Shown here piece by piece: positions 1-9,337 of a stretch of DNA of 64,000 bases; position 1 is the stretch's first letter, and each line of letters opens with the position of its first letter. The stretch comes from Deltaproteobacteria bacterium. Lineage in GTDB: Bacteria > Myxococcota_A > Polyangia > Fen-1088. The position numbers and the translations under genes were made by a program. The notes beneath the pieces are model-generated. The model saw only the letters and a list, made by a program, of their open reading frames with translations, was not told where the DNA came from and ran no database searches. The stretch lies in contig JANRKS010000006.1 of assembly GCA_033763315.1 (NCBI GenBank), forward strand, positions 64,001-128,000, read 5' to 3'.

Positions 1-186
1 GTCACCCGTGTCGCCCGGGACGATCGATCCAACCGGTGGCAGGGACGACATATCGTTCGCAGCGCCCCCGGCGCCGCCCCCCCCGGCCCGGGCCCCGCCA
101 GAGCCGTTGGTGCCAGCAGAGCTACAGGCTGAGACGACGACAACAAGGGAAAACAACGCCAGGAGTCGATTGGCAATAGGATCCAT
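1..186 (-). CDS. Lipoprotein, N-terminal part only (runs off the window)
   Basis: Not in the ORF track. Manual translation from ATG 186 gives MDPIANRLLALFSLVVVSACSSAGTNGSGGARAGGGGAGG..., a lipobox VSAC plus Gly-rich linker, open to position 1. Confidence 0.7.
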   Translation of the reverse strand, partial: MDPIANRLLALFSLVVVVSACSSAGTNGSGGARAGGGGAGGAANDMSSLPPVGSIVPGDTGD

Positions 187-346
187 GGGCGTTAGGTGGC
201 ACGCCGGTCGCGATCAGGGTCAAACGTTGACGAAATGAGCGTTGATCCGTGGAGTAGCTATCACGACGGCTGACGGCGTTCAGATTTTCATCCCTGGGTC
301 TGCGAAATTTTGACCCAATTCCCACGCGAGCGACGACTCAGGGTAA

Positions 347-1411
347 ATGGCCATCGCTCAGACGTTCAGAGGGTGCCGATTTGCCCTCTTTCTCGTCCTT
401 GCCAGCGGCGCCTGCGGAAACGCGACGCAGGCGGGCGACGACACCTCAGGTAACGAAGGGGGCCAAGCCGGATTAAACGGCGGCAGCGGCGGCAAAAGTG
501 AATCAGGCGGAAGCGGCCCCGCGTCCGGAAGCGGCGGCAACAACGGCGGCCAACCTGGGGGCACGCCCGGTAGCGGTGGCAGCGCTGGCACAACTGCGAG
601 CGGCGGGATGCAAGGGGCTGCAGGAAGCGGCGGGGCGGGCGCAGGCGGCCAGAGCAACGGTAGCGGAGGTTCCATGGGGCAACCCGCGCCGAGTGGCTGT
701 GGCGTTGCGGCTGATCAAGACACCGTTGCGCTTTGGTCGTTTGAATCGACCAATGCAGATCACACGGGCACCTATCCCATCACGTGGCGAGGCGGAACGC
801 CGGGCACCGCCACAGGGGCCGACAAGTGCGCCAAAGCCATTCAGATGGACGGCAAGACCTTCGGCGAGGTGAATTTCAAAACGGGCTTTGCCGGCCTGAC
901 CGAGGGCGCCATTGAGATGTTTGTGTGGTTGCCGCCCAAGTCTAACAAAGTGCACGTGATGCTTGCGGCAGACGCCCGCAACCAGAAGTCCAACGGTCAC
1001 TTCGTGCTGGGTTACGAGACCCAAGGAAAGATTGTTTTGCGCATGCAAAATGCGGAGACCGCGCCCGAAGGCAGCAAGACCTTCTACGTGTGTTCAGGTG
1101 CCAACATGCCTGCCAACCAGTGGATTCATCTGGGAATCAACTTTGGCCCTCAAGGCGTGCAGATGTTCGTCAACGGTGAGATTGCCGAAAACAAAGGCGT
1201 TCACTACAAGCACGGAAACGAGCAGAACTGTGGCGACAACCCAGCGTGGTCACCAGCCGGCAACGGCAACCCGCTTGTCATCGGTGGCGCCACGAACGAA
1301 GCCACAGAGGGCATCGCCGACACAGTGATCAAGCGCTTCGAAGGGCGAATTGATCAACTTCGCATCAGCCGCAAGCGACGAGACTTTGCCGCCTTGAAGG
1401 GAAAGCCATGA
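347..1411 (+). CDS. LamG/concanavalin A-like domain lipoprotein
   Basis: Lipobox SGAC, long Gly linker, then VALWSFE...WIHLGINFG...MFVNG...LVIGG...FEGRIDQLRIS (LamG_3-like). Stop overlaps the next start (ATGA). Confidence 0.85.
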   Translation: MAIAQTFRGCRFALFLVLASGACGNATQAGDDTSGNEGGQAGLNGGSGGKSESGGSGPASGSGGNNGGQPGGTPGSGGSAGTTASGGMQGAAGSGGAGAGGQSNGSGGSMGQPAPSGCGVAADQDTVALWSFESTNADHTGTYPITWRGGTPGTATGADKCAKAIQMDGKTFGEVNFKTGFAGLTEGAIEMFVWLPPKSNKVHVMLAADARNQKSNGHFVLGYETQGKIVLRMQNAETAPEGSKTFYVCSGANMPANQWIHLGINFGPQGVQMFVNGEIAENKGVHYKHGNEQNCGDNPAWSPAGNGNPLVIGGATNEATEGIADTVIKRFEGRIDQLRISRKRRDFAALKGKP

Positions 1412-3123
1412 ACAAACAAAACTACACCCGCGCTCTCGCGTTGTTGTTCGTCTTCTCCGTTGGCGGTTGCAGCGGCAATCTCAATGACAACGACGCAGGT
1501 GGTGCCGGCAACGGTGGGGGCACACAACCCGGTGGTCCAAACAGCCCCTCGCAGCCCACCGTGAAAGACCCACCTGCCGAAGGCGCCTGCAGCAACCCGT
1601 TGCGGGATCCTGGCCCCTTGGTCGCGCGTCGGCTCACGCGTTGGGAATACGTGAACTCAGTGAAGGACGTGCTGGGGATCGATCTGTCTCAGGAGATCAA
1701 GGACTATCCGCGCGAATTGCGGACAGAAGGGTTCTTCAACACAGCCAAGGATCTGCTGCCCACGCTTGATCGCGTGACGTTGTGGAACGAGTTGGCGCGC
1801 AAGGCCAGTGAAAAGGTGGCCGATCTAAACGGCTTCGTTGGCAAGTACACGAGCTGTCGCGACGCCACGGCCGCGTGCCAAAAGGAATTCATCAGCCGCC
1901 TTGGTGCCGCCTTGGCGCGCCGGCCGCTGTCCGATGCCGAGGTGGATCGTTTCCTGCCCATCTTTGCGGCCACGGATTCGTGCAAGCTTGGCTTTGAAGC
2001 AGGTGGCAAGGCCGTGTTGCAAGCGTTGCTGCAATCGCCACAGTTCTTGTACAGGGCTGAGCGCCAAAAAGGTGCAGAGCAAGGCACCTTCAGGGCGCTA
2101 GACGGGTACGAGATGGCCAGCCGGCTTTCGTACCTCGTGGCTGGAACCTCACCGGATCAAGCGCTTTTTGATGCAGCCAAGTCTGGCGCGCTCGCGGATC
2201 CGAACAACCGCGCCAAACAAGTGCGAAGGCTGATTGGCACGCCCCAGGGGAAAGCGACGGCACGCCGCTTTTTAGCCGACTGGCTGACCCTGGATGACCT
2301 CGACACCGTTGCTCGGGGTAAAGATCGCTTCGCCGAATGGGACGACAGCCTTCGTCCTGCCTTGAAAGAAGAAGTGCTTCGTATGGCCGATGACGTTCTG
2401 TTTGAGCAGCGCAAGCCGCTGGCGTCGTTGCTAACAACAACAAGAACGTTCGCCACGCCTGAGCTTGCCAAATTGTACGGCCTGCCATCGAAAGGCGCCG
2501 CTTGGCAGCCCTACGATCTACCTGCGAGTTTGAATCGCAAAGGGCTGCTGACAACGGCGGGCGTTCTCATCCGAAGCGGCGGATCGGCGGAGGCAGACAT
2601 GATCGCGCGATCGCTTTACATCTACCGCGGTATTCTTTGCCAAGACATTCCTGGCCCCCCAGCGGGCACCAACACGGCGGATCCACCTGAACTAAAAGGC
2701 GACGGAAAGCGCACGCTCGCCGAACATCGCATCGCGGATCCAACGTGTGGCAAATGCCACAAGGCGTTTGAGCCCCTGGCGTTTGCTTTCGAGCCTTTCG
2801 ACGGCATTGGTGCGTACCGCGAAAAGGATGAACAAGGCAACCCGACGCGCATGAATGGCAGCTTCCCCGCCATCGGCAGCGAGCCTGCGGGTTCATTCGG
2901 AGACGTTGGCCAATTCGTTGACCTACTGGCCAAACACCCAGAGACACAAACTTGTCTCATCAAGAAGCCGTTCCAGTTCGCCATCGGCCGCGCGCTTGAG
3001 ACGCTTGACGACTGTACGATTGATGATCTGAAGCGCGCGCTTGCCGGCACGGACGGCTCGTATGAGGAGCTGCTGGTGGCGTTGTCTCGCCATCCGGTTT
3101 TTGCCTTCGTTCGCCGCGAGTGA
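1408..3123 (+). CDS. DUF1592/DUF1588 family (PSD domain) lipoprotein with CxxCH heme motif, pair 1
   Basis: RRLTRWEYVNSVKDVL, LLQSPQFLYRAE, YEMASRLSYL, RKGLLT, CGKCH, FEPFDGIGAYR; lipobox VGGC. Confidence 0.92.
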   Translation: MNKQNYTRALALLFVFSVGGCSGNLNDNDAGGAGNGGGTQPGGPNSPSQPTVKDPPAEGACSNPLRDPGPLVARRLTRWEYVNSVKDVLGIDLSQEIKDYPRELRTEGFFNTAKDLLPTLDRVTLWNELARKASEKVADLNGFVGKYTSCRDATAACQKEFISRLGAALARRPLSDAEVDRFLPIFAATDSCKLGFEAGGKAVLQALLQSPQFLYRAERQKGAEQGTFRALDGYEMASRLSYLVAGTSPDQALFDAAKSGALADPNNRAKQVRRLIGTPQGKATARRFLADWLTLDDLDTVARGKDRFAEWDDSLRPALKEEVLRMADDVLFEQRKPLASLLTTTRTFATPELAKLYGLPSKGAAWQPYDLPASLNRKGLLTTAGVLIRSGGSAEADMIARSLYIYRGILCQDIPGPPAGTNTADPPELKGDGKRTLAEHRIADPTCGKCHKAFEPLAFAFEPFDGIGAYREKDEQGNPTRMNGSFPAIGSEPAGSFGDVGQFVDLLAKHPETQTCLIKKPFQFAIGRALETLDDCTIDDLKRALAGTDGSYEELLVALSRHPVFAFVRRE

Positions 3124-3133
3124 GGAGCCACCG

Positions 3134-4633
3134 ATGAAGAAGTCCACGATGCAGTACCAAAAGTCATTCAATCGTCGCACCTTGCTGCGCGGCGCGGGCA
3201 GCATCGCCATTGGCCTGCCTTTTCTTGATGGCATGCAAACCACCAGTGTGTGGGGCGCCACGCCGGCGCCGCCCATGCGCGCCGTTACGTTCTTCTTCGG
3301 GTTGGGGGTGCGGCCTGAACACGCCGCGGCTGGGCTTACGGGACCGCTATCGCCGTTGGCTCCTTTTGCATCCAAAGTTGGATTCTCGAAAAACCTGAAC
3401 CTAGGTACATCCACCAGCAGCGCCAATCACGACGTGGGCTGCGAGTTTGTGTTCCGGGGCGTCGATAACAAAAGCGCCACCATCGACCAATTTGTGCTTG
3501 AGCAGCTTCATGGTGGACAAACACCCACGGCCATTCGAAGCCTCATTGCGGGCACCTACTCACGCAACAATGGCAAACGCGAGAACCATTCATATCGATC
3601 GAATGGTGGTGTGACCGATTCGGTTGTCCGCGTGCCGCAAGCGCTATTTGACCGCGTCTTTGGGCAATTTGATCCAGGGAAACCCGCAAACCCAACCCCG
3701 GTTCCCACCCAACCGGGCAGCTGCGAAGCGGACAAGATGCGGCACATCGAGCGCTCGATCTTGGACTCCGTGTCAGAGCAGTACAAGTTTCTTTCAAGTG
3801 ACGCTGGCAACCTCGGCGCAGGCTCCCGGGCGCAGCTATCCGACCACATGGATAAGATTCGCGAACTTGAACTGACGGTGTTTGGCGAATCCATGCAGAC
3901 CGCCACCGCCGCGACACAGGCCGCGTTGAACGCACAAGTGTGTGGAAAGCCAGAAAGGCCGGGCGTGTTCGACGGGCAGAACTTCAATCGCTTGCAAACC
4001 AATGTCGGCGATGGGGATGTGGGCAACGGCAGCGACACGGTTCCGATTGCGTGGGCCGACTGGGACAAGATGTGGCGCACGATGGCCGACGTTTATGCGA
4101 TGGCTTTGATTTGCGACAGATCCCGCTTCGGTAACCTTCAATTCATGTCGGGCGGCGATCGCGTCAGCATAAAGGGGAACTATTCGTGGGCCGGGCGATC
4201 AATTACCTTCGACGACCCCACCACTTCGCATGAATACTGGCATGGCTGGGGCGGCGACGTGGCCCACGGGAAAACTGGAATCCACAAATCAAGAGACTGG
4301 GTTGAAAAACACACGCACCTTCTCATGTCTCGCGCCGCATACTTCATGGGCGTTCTAGATGGCGCCAAAGAAGGCAACGGCAAGAGCGTGCTTGAAAACA
4401 TGCTGTTTTTGATGAGCACCGAACTGGGAGATGGTGGCGACAGCCATTCGCTTCGCGACATCTTTCACTTGTGGACAAGCGCCAGCGGTAAGTTGAAGGT
4501 AGGCGCCGGAATCGATTTCGCAGAGATGGATGCCACGAAGCTTTACAACACCATCGCGAAGGCCCTTACCGGCAAAACCATGACGTTGACGCATGCACCT
4601 GACGCCACAAGCATGGGTTGGCTGGTTGCCTAA
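3134..4633 (+). CDS. DUF1552 (HXXSHH) family Tat-exported protein, pair 1
   Basis: RBS GAGGAG before ATG 3134; NRRTLLRGAGSIAIGLPFLDGM, TIDQ, SILD, IRELE, ALICDRSR, SHEYWH. Confidence 0.9.
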   Translation: MKKSTMQYQKSFNRRTLLRGAGSIAIGLPFLDGMQTTSVWGATPAPPMRAVTFFFGLGVRPEHAAAGLTGPLSPLAPFASKVGFSKNLNLGTSTSSANHDVGCEFVFRGVDNKSATIDQFVLEQLHGGQTPTAIRSLIAGTYSRNNGKRENHSYRSNGGVTDSVVRVPQALFDRVFGQFDPGKPANPTPVPTQPGSCEADKMRHIERSILDSVSEQYKFLSSDAGNLGAGSRAQLSDHMDKIRELELTVFGESMQTATAATQAALNAQVCGKPERPGVFDGQNFNRLQTNVGDGDVGNGSDTVPIAWADWDKMWRTMADVYAMALICDRSRFGNLQFMSGGDRVSIKGNYSWAGRSITFDDPTTSHEYWHGWGGDVAHGKTGIHKSRDWVEKHTHLLMSRAAYFMGVLDGAKEGNGKSVLENMLFLMSTELGDGGDSHSLRDIFHLWTSASGKLKVGAGIDFAEMDATKLYNTIAKALTGKTMTLTHAPDATSMGWLVA

Positions 4634-4703
4634 GCCGTGCGGCGCCTGAGGACCGACAACGGGAGCCGGGCTCGGCCGTGCGGTCTTTCAGACGCATCAG
4701 TCA

Positions 4704-4845
4704 CCTAAGCGGCAACAGGGTTGTCCCTGAGCGCAGCCAGAGCCGCGTCGGCCGCTGGGGGCAGGACGGTGGCCGCGAGGCCGAGCACGGCCGCAAACCC
4801 CTGAGGTGGCGCGGTCGCTCTGATCCCCTACAACATCTCGACGCG
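4704..4845. repeat. Imperfect direct repeat, ~140 bp, copy 1 (copy 2 at 7450-7590)
   Basis: Shared blocks CCTAAGCGGCAAC, CTGAGCGCAGCCA, CCGCTGGGGGCAGGACGG, GGCCGCGAGGCCGAGCACGGCC, GTGGCGCGGTCGCTCTGATCCC, ACAACATCTCGA. Confidence 0.95.
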
Positions 4846-5070
4846 ATCATCAACGTTCATGGCCGGCAGGAGGAGAGATAGCGATGCGGCCATCGTTTCA
4901 GGAGGGATCTCCGCGAGGATCTTGGCGTTCACATGCAAGCGCTTGGTGCTCAAGATAGCCCGATGTGAACGAGGCCATGCACAGGTAGAAGCGATGAAAG
5001 GCCAAGCGCTGTTCTGACCTGGACGAAGGGACATTCTGCAGCGTCGACGCCAGCTGATGAAGCTGCCCTC
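4705..5070 (-). pseudogene. Decayed 3' part of a hemerythrin-domain-like gene (copy 1)
   Basis: One frame reads SEQRLAFHRFYLCMASFTSGYLEHQAL; after a frameshift/deletion it reads ILAEIPPETMAASLSLLLPAMNVDDRVEML*GIRATAPPQGFAAVLGLAATVLPPAADAALAAL with an internal TAG at 4828-4830. Resembles the C-terminal half of bacterial hemerythrin-domain proteins (from recall). Confidence 0.6.
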
Positions 5071-5149
5071 ACAACGGCCCCCCAAAAAACGAAACCGAGC
5101 GCCGGCGGCGTCGATAAACTCTTCACGTTGTCCGAGCAACCGCCCAACC

Positions 5150-5620
5150 CTATTTGCCCCTCTGTTTGACGGCCCGCTTCAGCACAACCAGATCTGCGAG
5201 ATCTTGGGGCCGCGCCCAGAAGGTTTTCTCCGCAATTAGATCGTCGAGCGAAAGATAGTGAGCGTCCACCGTGCCGAAGCGTGACGTCACTCGTCGCGTC
5301 CAGGCATCCGCAAATCGCTTAATGGAACCAAAACTCGAGACAATGTCGATGCGTACTGGTGCCACACCCAATTGCACGATGGTATCGGGATTGCGCAAAT
5401 ATTCCGCGCTCGCAAACTTTGGGCTCGTTCCCCCAAAGAATTTGCCAATCGCCCTGACCGTGCGTTCCGCATTCGCGCGCGATGGATCTATGAACACATC
5501 CAGGTCCTTAGTAGCCCGTGGACGGGCATGAAAAGCCAACGCGTGTGCGCCGCCTATGAGGTACCTAACCCGCTCTTCGTTTAGCGAGACGAGAAACTCT
5601 TCGAAATCTGGGTGCGCCAT
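5150..5620 (-). CDS. Nucleotidyltransferase family protein (putative TA component)
   Basis: YLIGGAHALAFHARPRATKDLDVFI (GG...DxD) and C-terminal K...RPQDLADL. Confidence 0.85.
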   Translation of the reverse strand: MAHPDFEEFLVSLNEERVRYLIGGAHALAFHARPRATKDLDVFIDPSRANAERTVRAIGKFFGGTSPKFASAEYLRNPDTIVQLGVAPVRIDIVSSFGSIKRFADAWTRRVTSRFGTVDAHYLSLDDLIAEKTFWARPQDLADLVVLKRAVKQRGK

Positions 5621-5798
5621 TTTTTCCTTGGGCCTTCAAGCTACTTACCAGGCAGTCAAGCACAGCATCGACTCTTTGAATTGGGTTCAGGCCGCGATAC
5701 CAGAAACGAAAGTCCTCTTCATCGGCTCGTGACGACTGCACGACAGATACGGTCCATCGTTTGCCGGCACGGTTAACAACTTCCTTCCTTATCGCCAT
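5565..5798 (-). CDS. Small basic protein, probable partner of the nucleotidyltransferase
   Basis: 77 aa, D.RFWY...P.QRV..V pattern and Arg-rich tail; overlaps the NTase start by 56 bp on the same strand. Confidence 0.65.
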   Translation of the reverse strand: MAIRKEVVNRAGKRWTVSVVQSSRADEEDFRFWYRGLNPIQRVDAVLDCLVSSLKAQGKNGAPRFRRVSRLAKRRAG

Positions 5799-6397
5799 TG
5801 GGTCAGCTTACATCATCCACCGACCTAACCTGCGAGGTTCGTTCACACACGCGACTCATTCAGGCGAGCCGCGGGCAGGAGCGCGGACAAGGCCGCGCCA
5901 GCCGAGCGTTTTGCGAATTACCTGCGCAATGCGCCAATCGAATTTGTGTGGTTGACAGTCCGCTTTGGGATCACGTCATCGCTCAAATCTGATCCTTAAC
6001 CTGGCAGTGACAATCCTCCGCCAGCGAACCTCGCGCTTCAAAAGTCGCCCGCCTGCGATGGCCTCCCGCCCCTACGAGATCAGGTGGGGAAAGCCGAGGC
6101 ACAAGCCGTAAAGGCAATGCATCCCGAGATCCATCGGGGTCTATCGACAACCTACCGTGGCAAACCTGTTGGCTCGAGGTTTCAAAACTGCGCGGCGAAT
6201 CTCATTGCGGAAGCCATTGACGCTTACGCAAGGGGTCTACACCGCGACGCCGAGATCTCAACGGGGCTTTGCTTCAAGCCCTCGAGCAGCATAACGCCGC
6301 GTCGATAGCCTCGTTGTCGTCGCGGCACTTGAGTTGTTTGTTTTGTGGACCGCTTTTCGCCACACGCCCGAAACACGTTTGATGCAATCCTTCGAAT

Positions 6398-7396
6398 GTG
6401 AAGATCATCGATCATCTTAAAAGCGTCCAGCCCGGCGTCACGGTGCTTGAGATGGATTTTGCAACCAAGACCGAAAGGCAAATCGATCCATCAGAGATTG
6501 CGCCCGGGATCGCCGCCGGCCGGTTTGTTTGGATCGACGTTCAAGGCGAAGTCGAGGAGTCGCGCGCGCTTTTGCGACGCCTCGATTTGCTTGACGATGA
6601 CACCATCGAGAGCTGCTTGCGCTGTGAGCCTGCCGTGCACTACGAGAGGCACGAAAGCCACCTGAACTTATTGGTGTGCACTTATACCGGTGAGCTCCAG
6701 GGCAGCCTTGCGCTAGAACGACTTAGCGCCACCCTAAGCGAAAACTATCTCGTTACGTTCCATCAGGTCCCATCACCCCTCGTTCGCTCAGTGAGGGCAA
6801 ACTACCGCAGCGACTTCCTTCGGTTCGCGCAGACGCCCAGCTTCTTGATTTACGAGCTATGGGACCAAGTTCTTGATCGCTTCTTGCAGGCACAGAAGAT
6901 CATGGGTGACCACGTGGAGCGATTGCAACTTGAGCTGCACACTATGAACGTCGATGATGCGTTCTTCCAACGGCACGCGGTGTTGTCTTCCCAACTCCTG
7001 CACTTTCGGACCCTGTTGCTTCCCACGCGCACGGTGCTGTGCGATATGGCGACCCGTCGTTCAGCATTACTCTCCGAAACAACCCAGCGCTTCTTGTTGA
7101 ACATGGTCGGCACGGTAGACCACTTGATAGAAGACATGCTCGCGGATCGCGACATCCTTTCGAATTCGTTGAACCTTCACATGTCCATGACGGCTCATCG
7201 CACAAGCCGAGTGATGCACCGCTTAACCTCGGTGAGCTTTGTCTTTCTCCCGTTGACGTTTCTCGTGGGCGTGTACGGAATGAATTTTCGCGTTTTGCCA
7301 GAACTCGAATGGCGGTACGGATACGCCTACTTTTGGGCCGTAACCGCCAGCCTAACGCTCGTGATCAGCTTCTTTTTGAGACGCACCCGCCTTTAG
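6398..7396 (+). CDS. corA: CorA family Mg2+/divalent cation transporter
   Basis: FLPLTFLVGVYGMNFRVLPELEWRYGY (GMN signature, two C-terminal TM helices); FVWIDV near the N-terminus. Confidence 0.92.
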   Translation: MKIIDHLKSVQPGVTVLEMDFATKTERQIDPSEIAPGIAAGRFVWIDVQGEVEESRALLRRLDLLDDDTIESCLRCEPAVHYERHESHLNLLVCTYTGELQGSLALERLSATLSENYLVTFHQVPSPLVRSVRANYRSDFLRFAQTPSFLIYELWDQVLDRFLQAQKIMGDHVERLQLELHTMNVDDAFFQRHAVLSSQLLHFRTLLLPTRTVLCDMATRRSALLSETTQRFLLNMVGTVDHLIEDMLADRDILSNSLNLHMSMTAHRTSRVMHRLTSVSFVFLPLTFLVGVYGMNFRVLPELEWRYGYAYFWAVTASLTLVISFFLRRTRL

Positions 7397-7449
7397 ACCG
7401 ATCCGTGACCCGGCGCCAAACCCAGCCCGCGCCTCAGCCGTATCGCTCT

Positions 7450-7590
7450 CCTAAGCGGCAACGTTGTTATCACTGAGCGCAGCCAAAGCCGCGTAGTCCG
7501 CTGGGGGCAGGACGGCGGCCGCGAGGCCGAGCACGGCCCAAACCTCTGTTGTGGCGCGGTCGCTCTGATCCCGGACAACATCTCGATGCG
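7450..7590. repeat. Imperfect direct repeat, ~140 bp, copy 2
   Basis: Aligns by eye to 4704-4845 with scattered substitutions and a 1-nt deletion. Confidence 0.95.
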
Positions 7591-7599
7591 CCCGTGCAC
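7451..7599 (-). pseudogene. Decayed 3' end of the same hemerythrin-like gene (copy 2)
   Basis: VHGRIEMLSGIRATAPQQRF, a 1-nt frameshift, then AVLGLAAAVLPPADYAALAALSDNNVAA*, ending at the same stop position as copy 1. Confidence 0.55.
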
Positions 7600-7654
7600 C
7601 ACGTCACAAGGCCACCCATGGTCAGGGGCAACGATGAATCCCGAATCTGGAAGC

Positions 7655-9337
7655 TTAACCCCCGCCCGCTGGCACTTCTGCGAACAGCCTGCTTTTCGTT
7701 GTTTGAAGCAGCAACTCACGGAAGGTCCCCTCTTTGCGGAGGCTGGTTTTGAGCGCTTGCACCGCGGCTTCGTCGCCGCTCGTCTCAAGCCGCCCGAACG
7801 CAAACCGGAACCATTGCTTTGCCCAGCAAGCCGCTGCGTCGTCGCTGTTTACCAGCTTCTGTGCCAGCTCTGTCACGCCCGTGAATTTCCCCAGGTCGGT
7901 ATCCACCGCTTCACCGGTGGCGTCGATCGGCTTGCCATGTTCGGTTGTGCGGTGCTGCCCCATGGCGTCGTATTCCTCAAAAGCGAAGCCAATGGGATCC
8001 ATAAGGCGGTGGCAACCCGTGCACTGCGGGTTGTTGTTGTGCGCCGTATGATGCTCACGCGTTGTCTGATCCGGCGGCGCCAGGCCGATCATTACGTTCA
8101 CATCGGGAGGCGGAGGAGGCAACGTGCCGCACAGAAGCTGCTCCCGAATATAGCGCCCGGTAAAAGTCGGTGAAGTTGAATTGAAACCCGAGTGGCTGGC
8201 CAGCATACCGCCTTGGGTGAGGATGCCCGCGCGACGTTTGGGATCGTCTAGTTCCACCTTCTTGAACGCTGTGCTGCCCGGCTTGCTAGCCCCATAGTAA
8301 GGCGCCAGATCGTCGTTCACAAACACGTAGCCGGCTGTGAAAAGGTCGGAGACTTTTCCCTCGGCCGCCACGTGCGCAGCAAAGGCTTCTGCACCCTTGC
8401 GCAGCAAATCAGCGTAATCGTTGTTCCATTTGGGGAAGGTCTTGGGATCCTTGGCGGCGGTTGAAATTTTTGAAAGCTCCAACCACTGCTTGTTGAAGGC
8501 CGCGAAGGTGCGTTTGGCCTTCCCATCGGAAAGCATGCGCTGCGCCTGCGCCGCGATTTGCGCTTCGGTTGTAAGCTTGTTGTCTGCCGCCGCAGCGAAT
8601 AGTTCCTCGTCGGGAAGGCTTTTCCATATCAAGTACGAAAGCCGAGAGGCCATCTCCCACGACGTGGCTGTGCGTGCTTTATCGCCCACTTGTTCAACCC
8701 TGTAGAAGAACGGAACAGAGATAAGCAACGACTGCGCCGCCATCTCAATCCCCTCCAAGAAGGTTTCGCCTTTTTCAAAAACACCCATCAGGCGATCAAT
8801 CTCTTCGGCAGCCAAGGGCCTGCGCCACGCGCGCCTGCCAAACCCTTCGATCACCTTGCGGGCACAATCGGTCGAACCGCCCCCGGAGGCGCAGCTGTTC
8901 CAGGTTGAAGCCTTTGCGGCGGCTGCTTTGGCCAACTGTGCAGAGGCGGCCAACGACTGTTCGGCCAGCACACCAGGAAATGACAACGCCGATCCGTTGT
9001 TGTCGAAGCCCTTCACCTTTTCCTCAACGGGAAACGACTGTGCCGGCGTCAAGGGCGCGCCAAGCATGTCCGAAACTGTGTTGTCGTATTCCTCGCGCGT
9101 TAGCCTGCGCATCACGAAGGCCGCGGCGGGACAATCATCAGCGTTCTTGCAATCAGTAGGATTAGGCTGCGTGCTTTGACCGCCGCTTTGGTTGCCGCCC
9201 GAACCGGATTCACCACCTGCGCCACCGCTGCTATCGCCACCGGTTTTGTCACTGTCTACGGTGCCCGTGCATGCGGCCAAGCCCGTTGCAACGGCCAGCG
9301 CAAACACAACTTTGCAGTTACGACTAACGGCTTTCAT
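7655..9337 (-). CDS. DUF1592/DUF1588 family lipoprotein with CxxCH, pair 2
   Basis: Lipobox LAAC; MRRLTREEYDNTVSDML, WEMASRLSYLIW, RAGILTQ, TSPTFTG, CTGCH, FEEYDAMG. Confidence 0.93.
   Translation of the reverse strand: MKAVSRNCKVVFALAVATGLAACTGTVDSDKTGGDSSGGAGGESGSGGNQSGGQSTQPNPTDCKNADDCPAAAFVMRRLTREEYDNTVSDMLGAPLTPAQSFPVEEKVKGFDNNGSALSFPGVLAEQSLAASAQLAKAAAAKASTWNSCASGGGSTDCARKVIEGFGRRAWRRPLAAEEIDRLMGVFEKGETFLEGIEMAAQSLLISVPFFYRVEQVGDKARTATSWEMASRLSYLIWKSLPDEELFAAAADNKLTTEAQIAAQAQRMLSDGKAKRTFAAFNKQWLELSKISTAAKDPKTFPKWNNDYADLLRKGAEAFAAHVAAEGKVSDLFTAGYVFVNDDLAPYYGASKPGSTAFKKVELDDPKRRAGILTQGGMLASHSGFNSTSPTFTGRYIREQLLCGTLPPPPPDVNVMIGLAPPDQTTREHHTAHNNNPQCTGCHRLMDPIGFAFEEYDAMGQHRTTEHGKPIDATGEAVDTDLGKFTGVTELAQKLVNSDDAAACWAKQWFRFAFGRLETSGDEAAVQALKTSLRKEGTFRELLLQTTKSRLFAEVPAGGG

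Noticed and set aside
5800-6397. Short ORFs such as 6084-6308 (EAIDAY, vaguely antitoxin-like)
   Set aside because: No convincing RBS or family signature; may be decayed sequence.
4704-7590. The 140-bp repeats as integron attC sites, CRISPR repeats or a structured RNA
   Set aside because: Only two copies, no RYYYAAC..GTTRRRY boundaries, no integrase or cas genes; a coding-remnant reading explains the conservation better.
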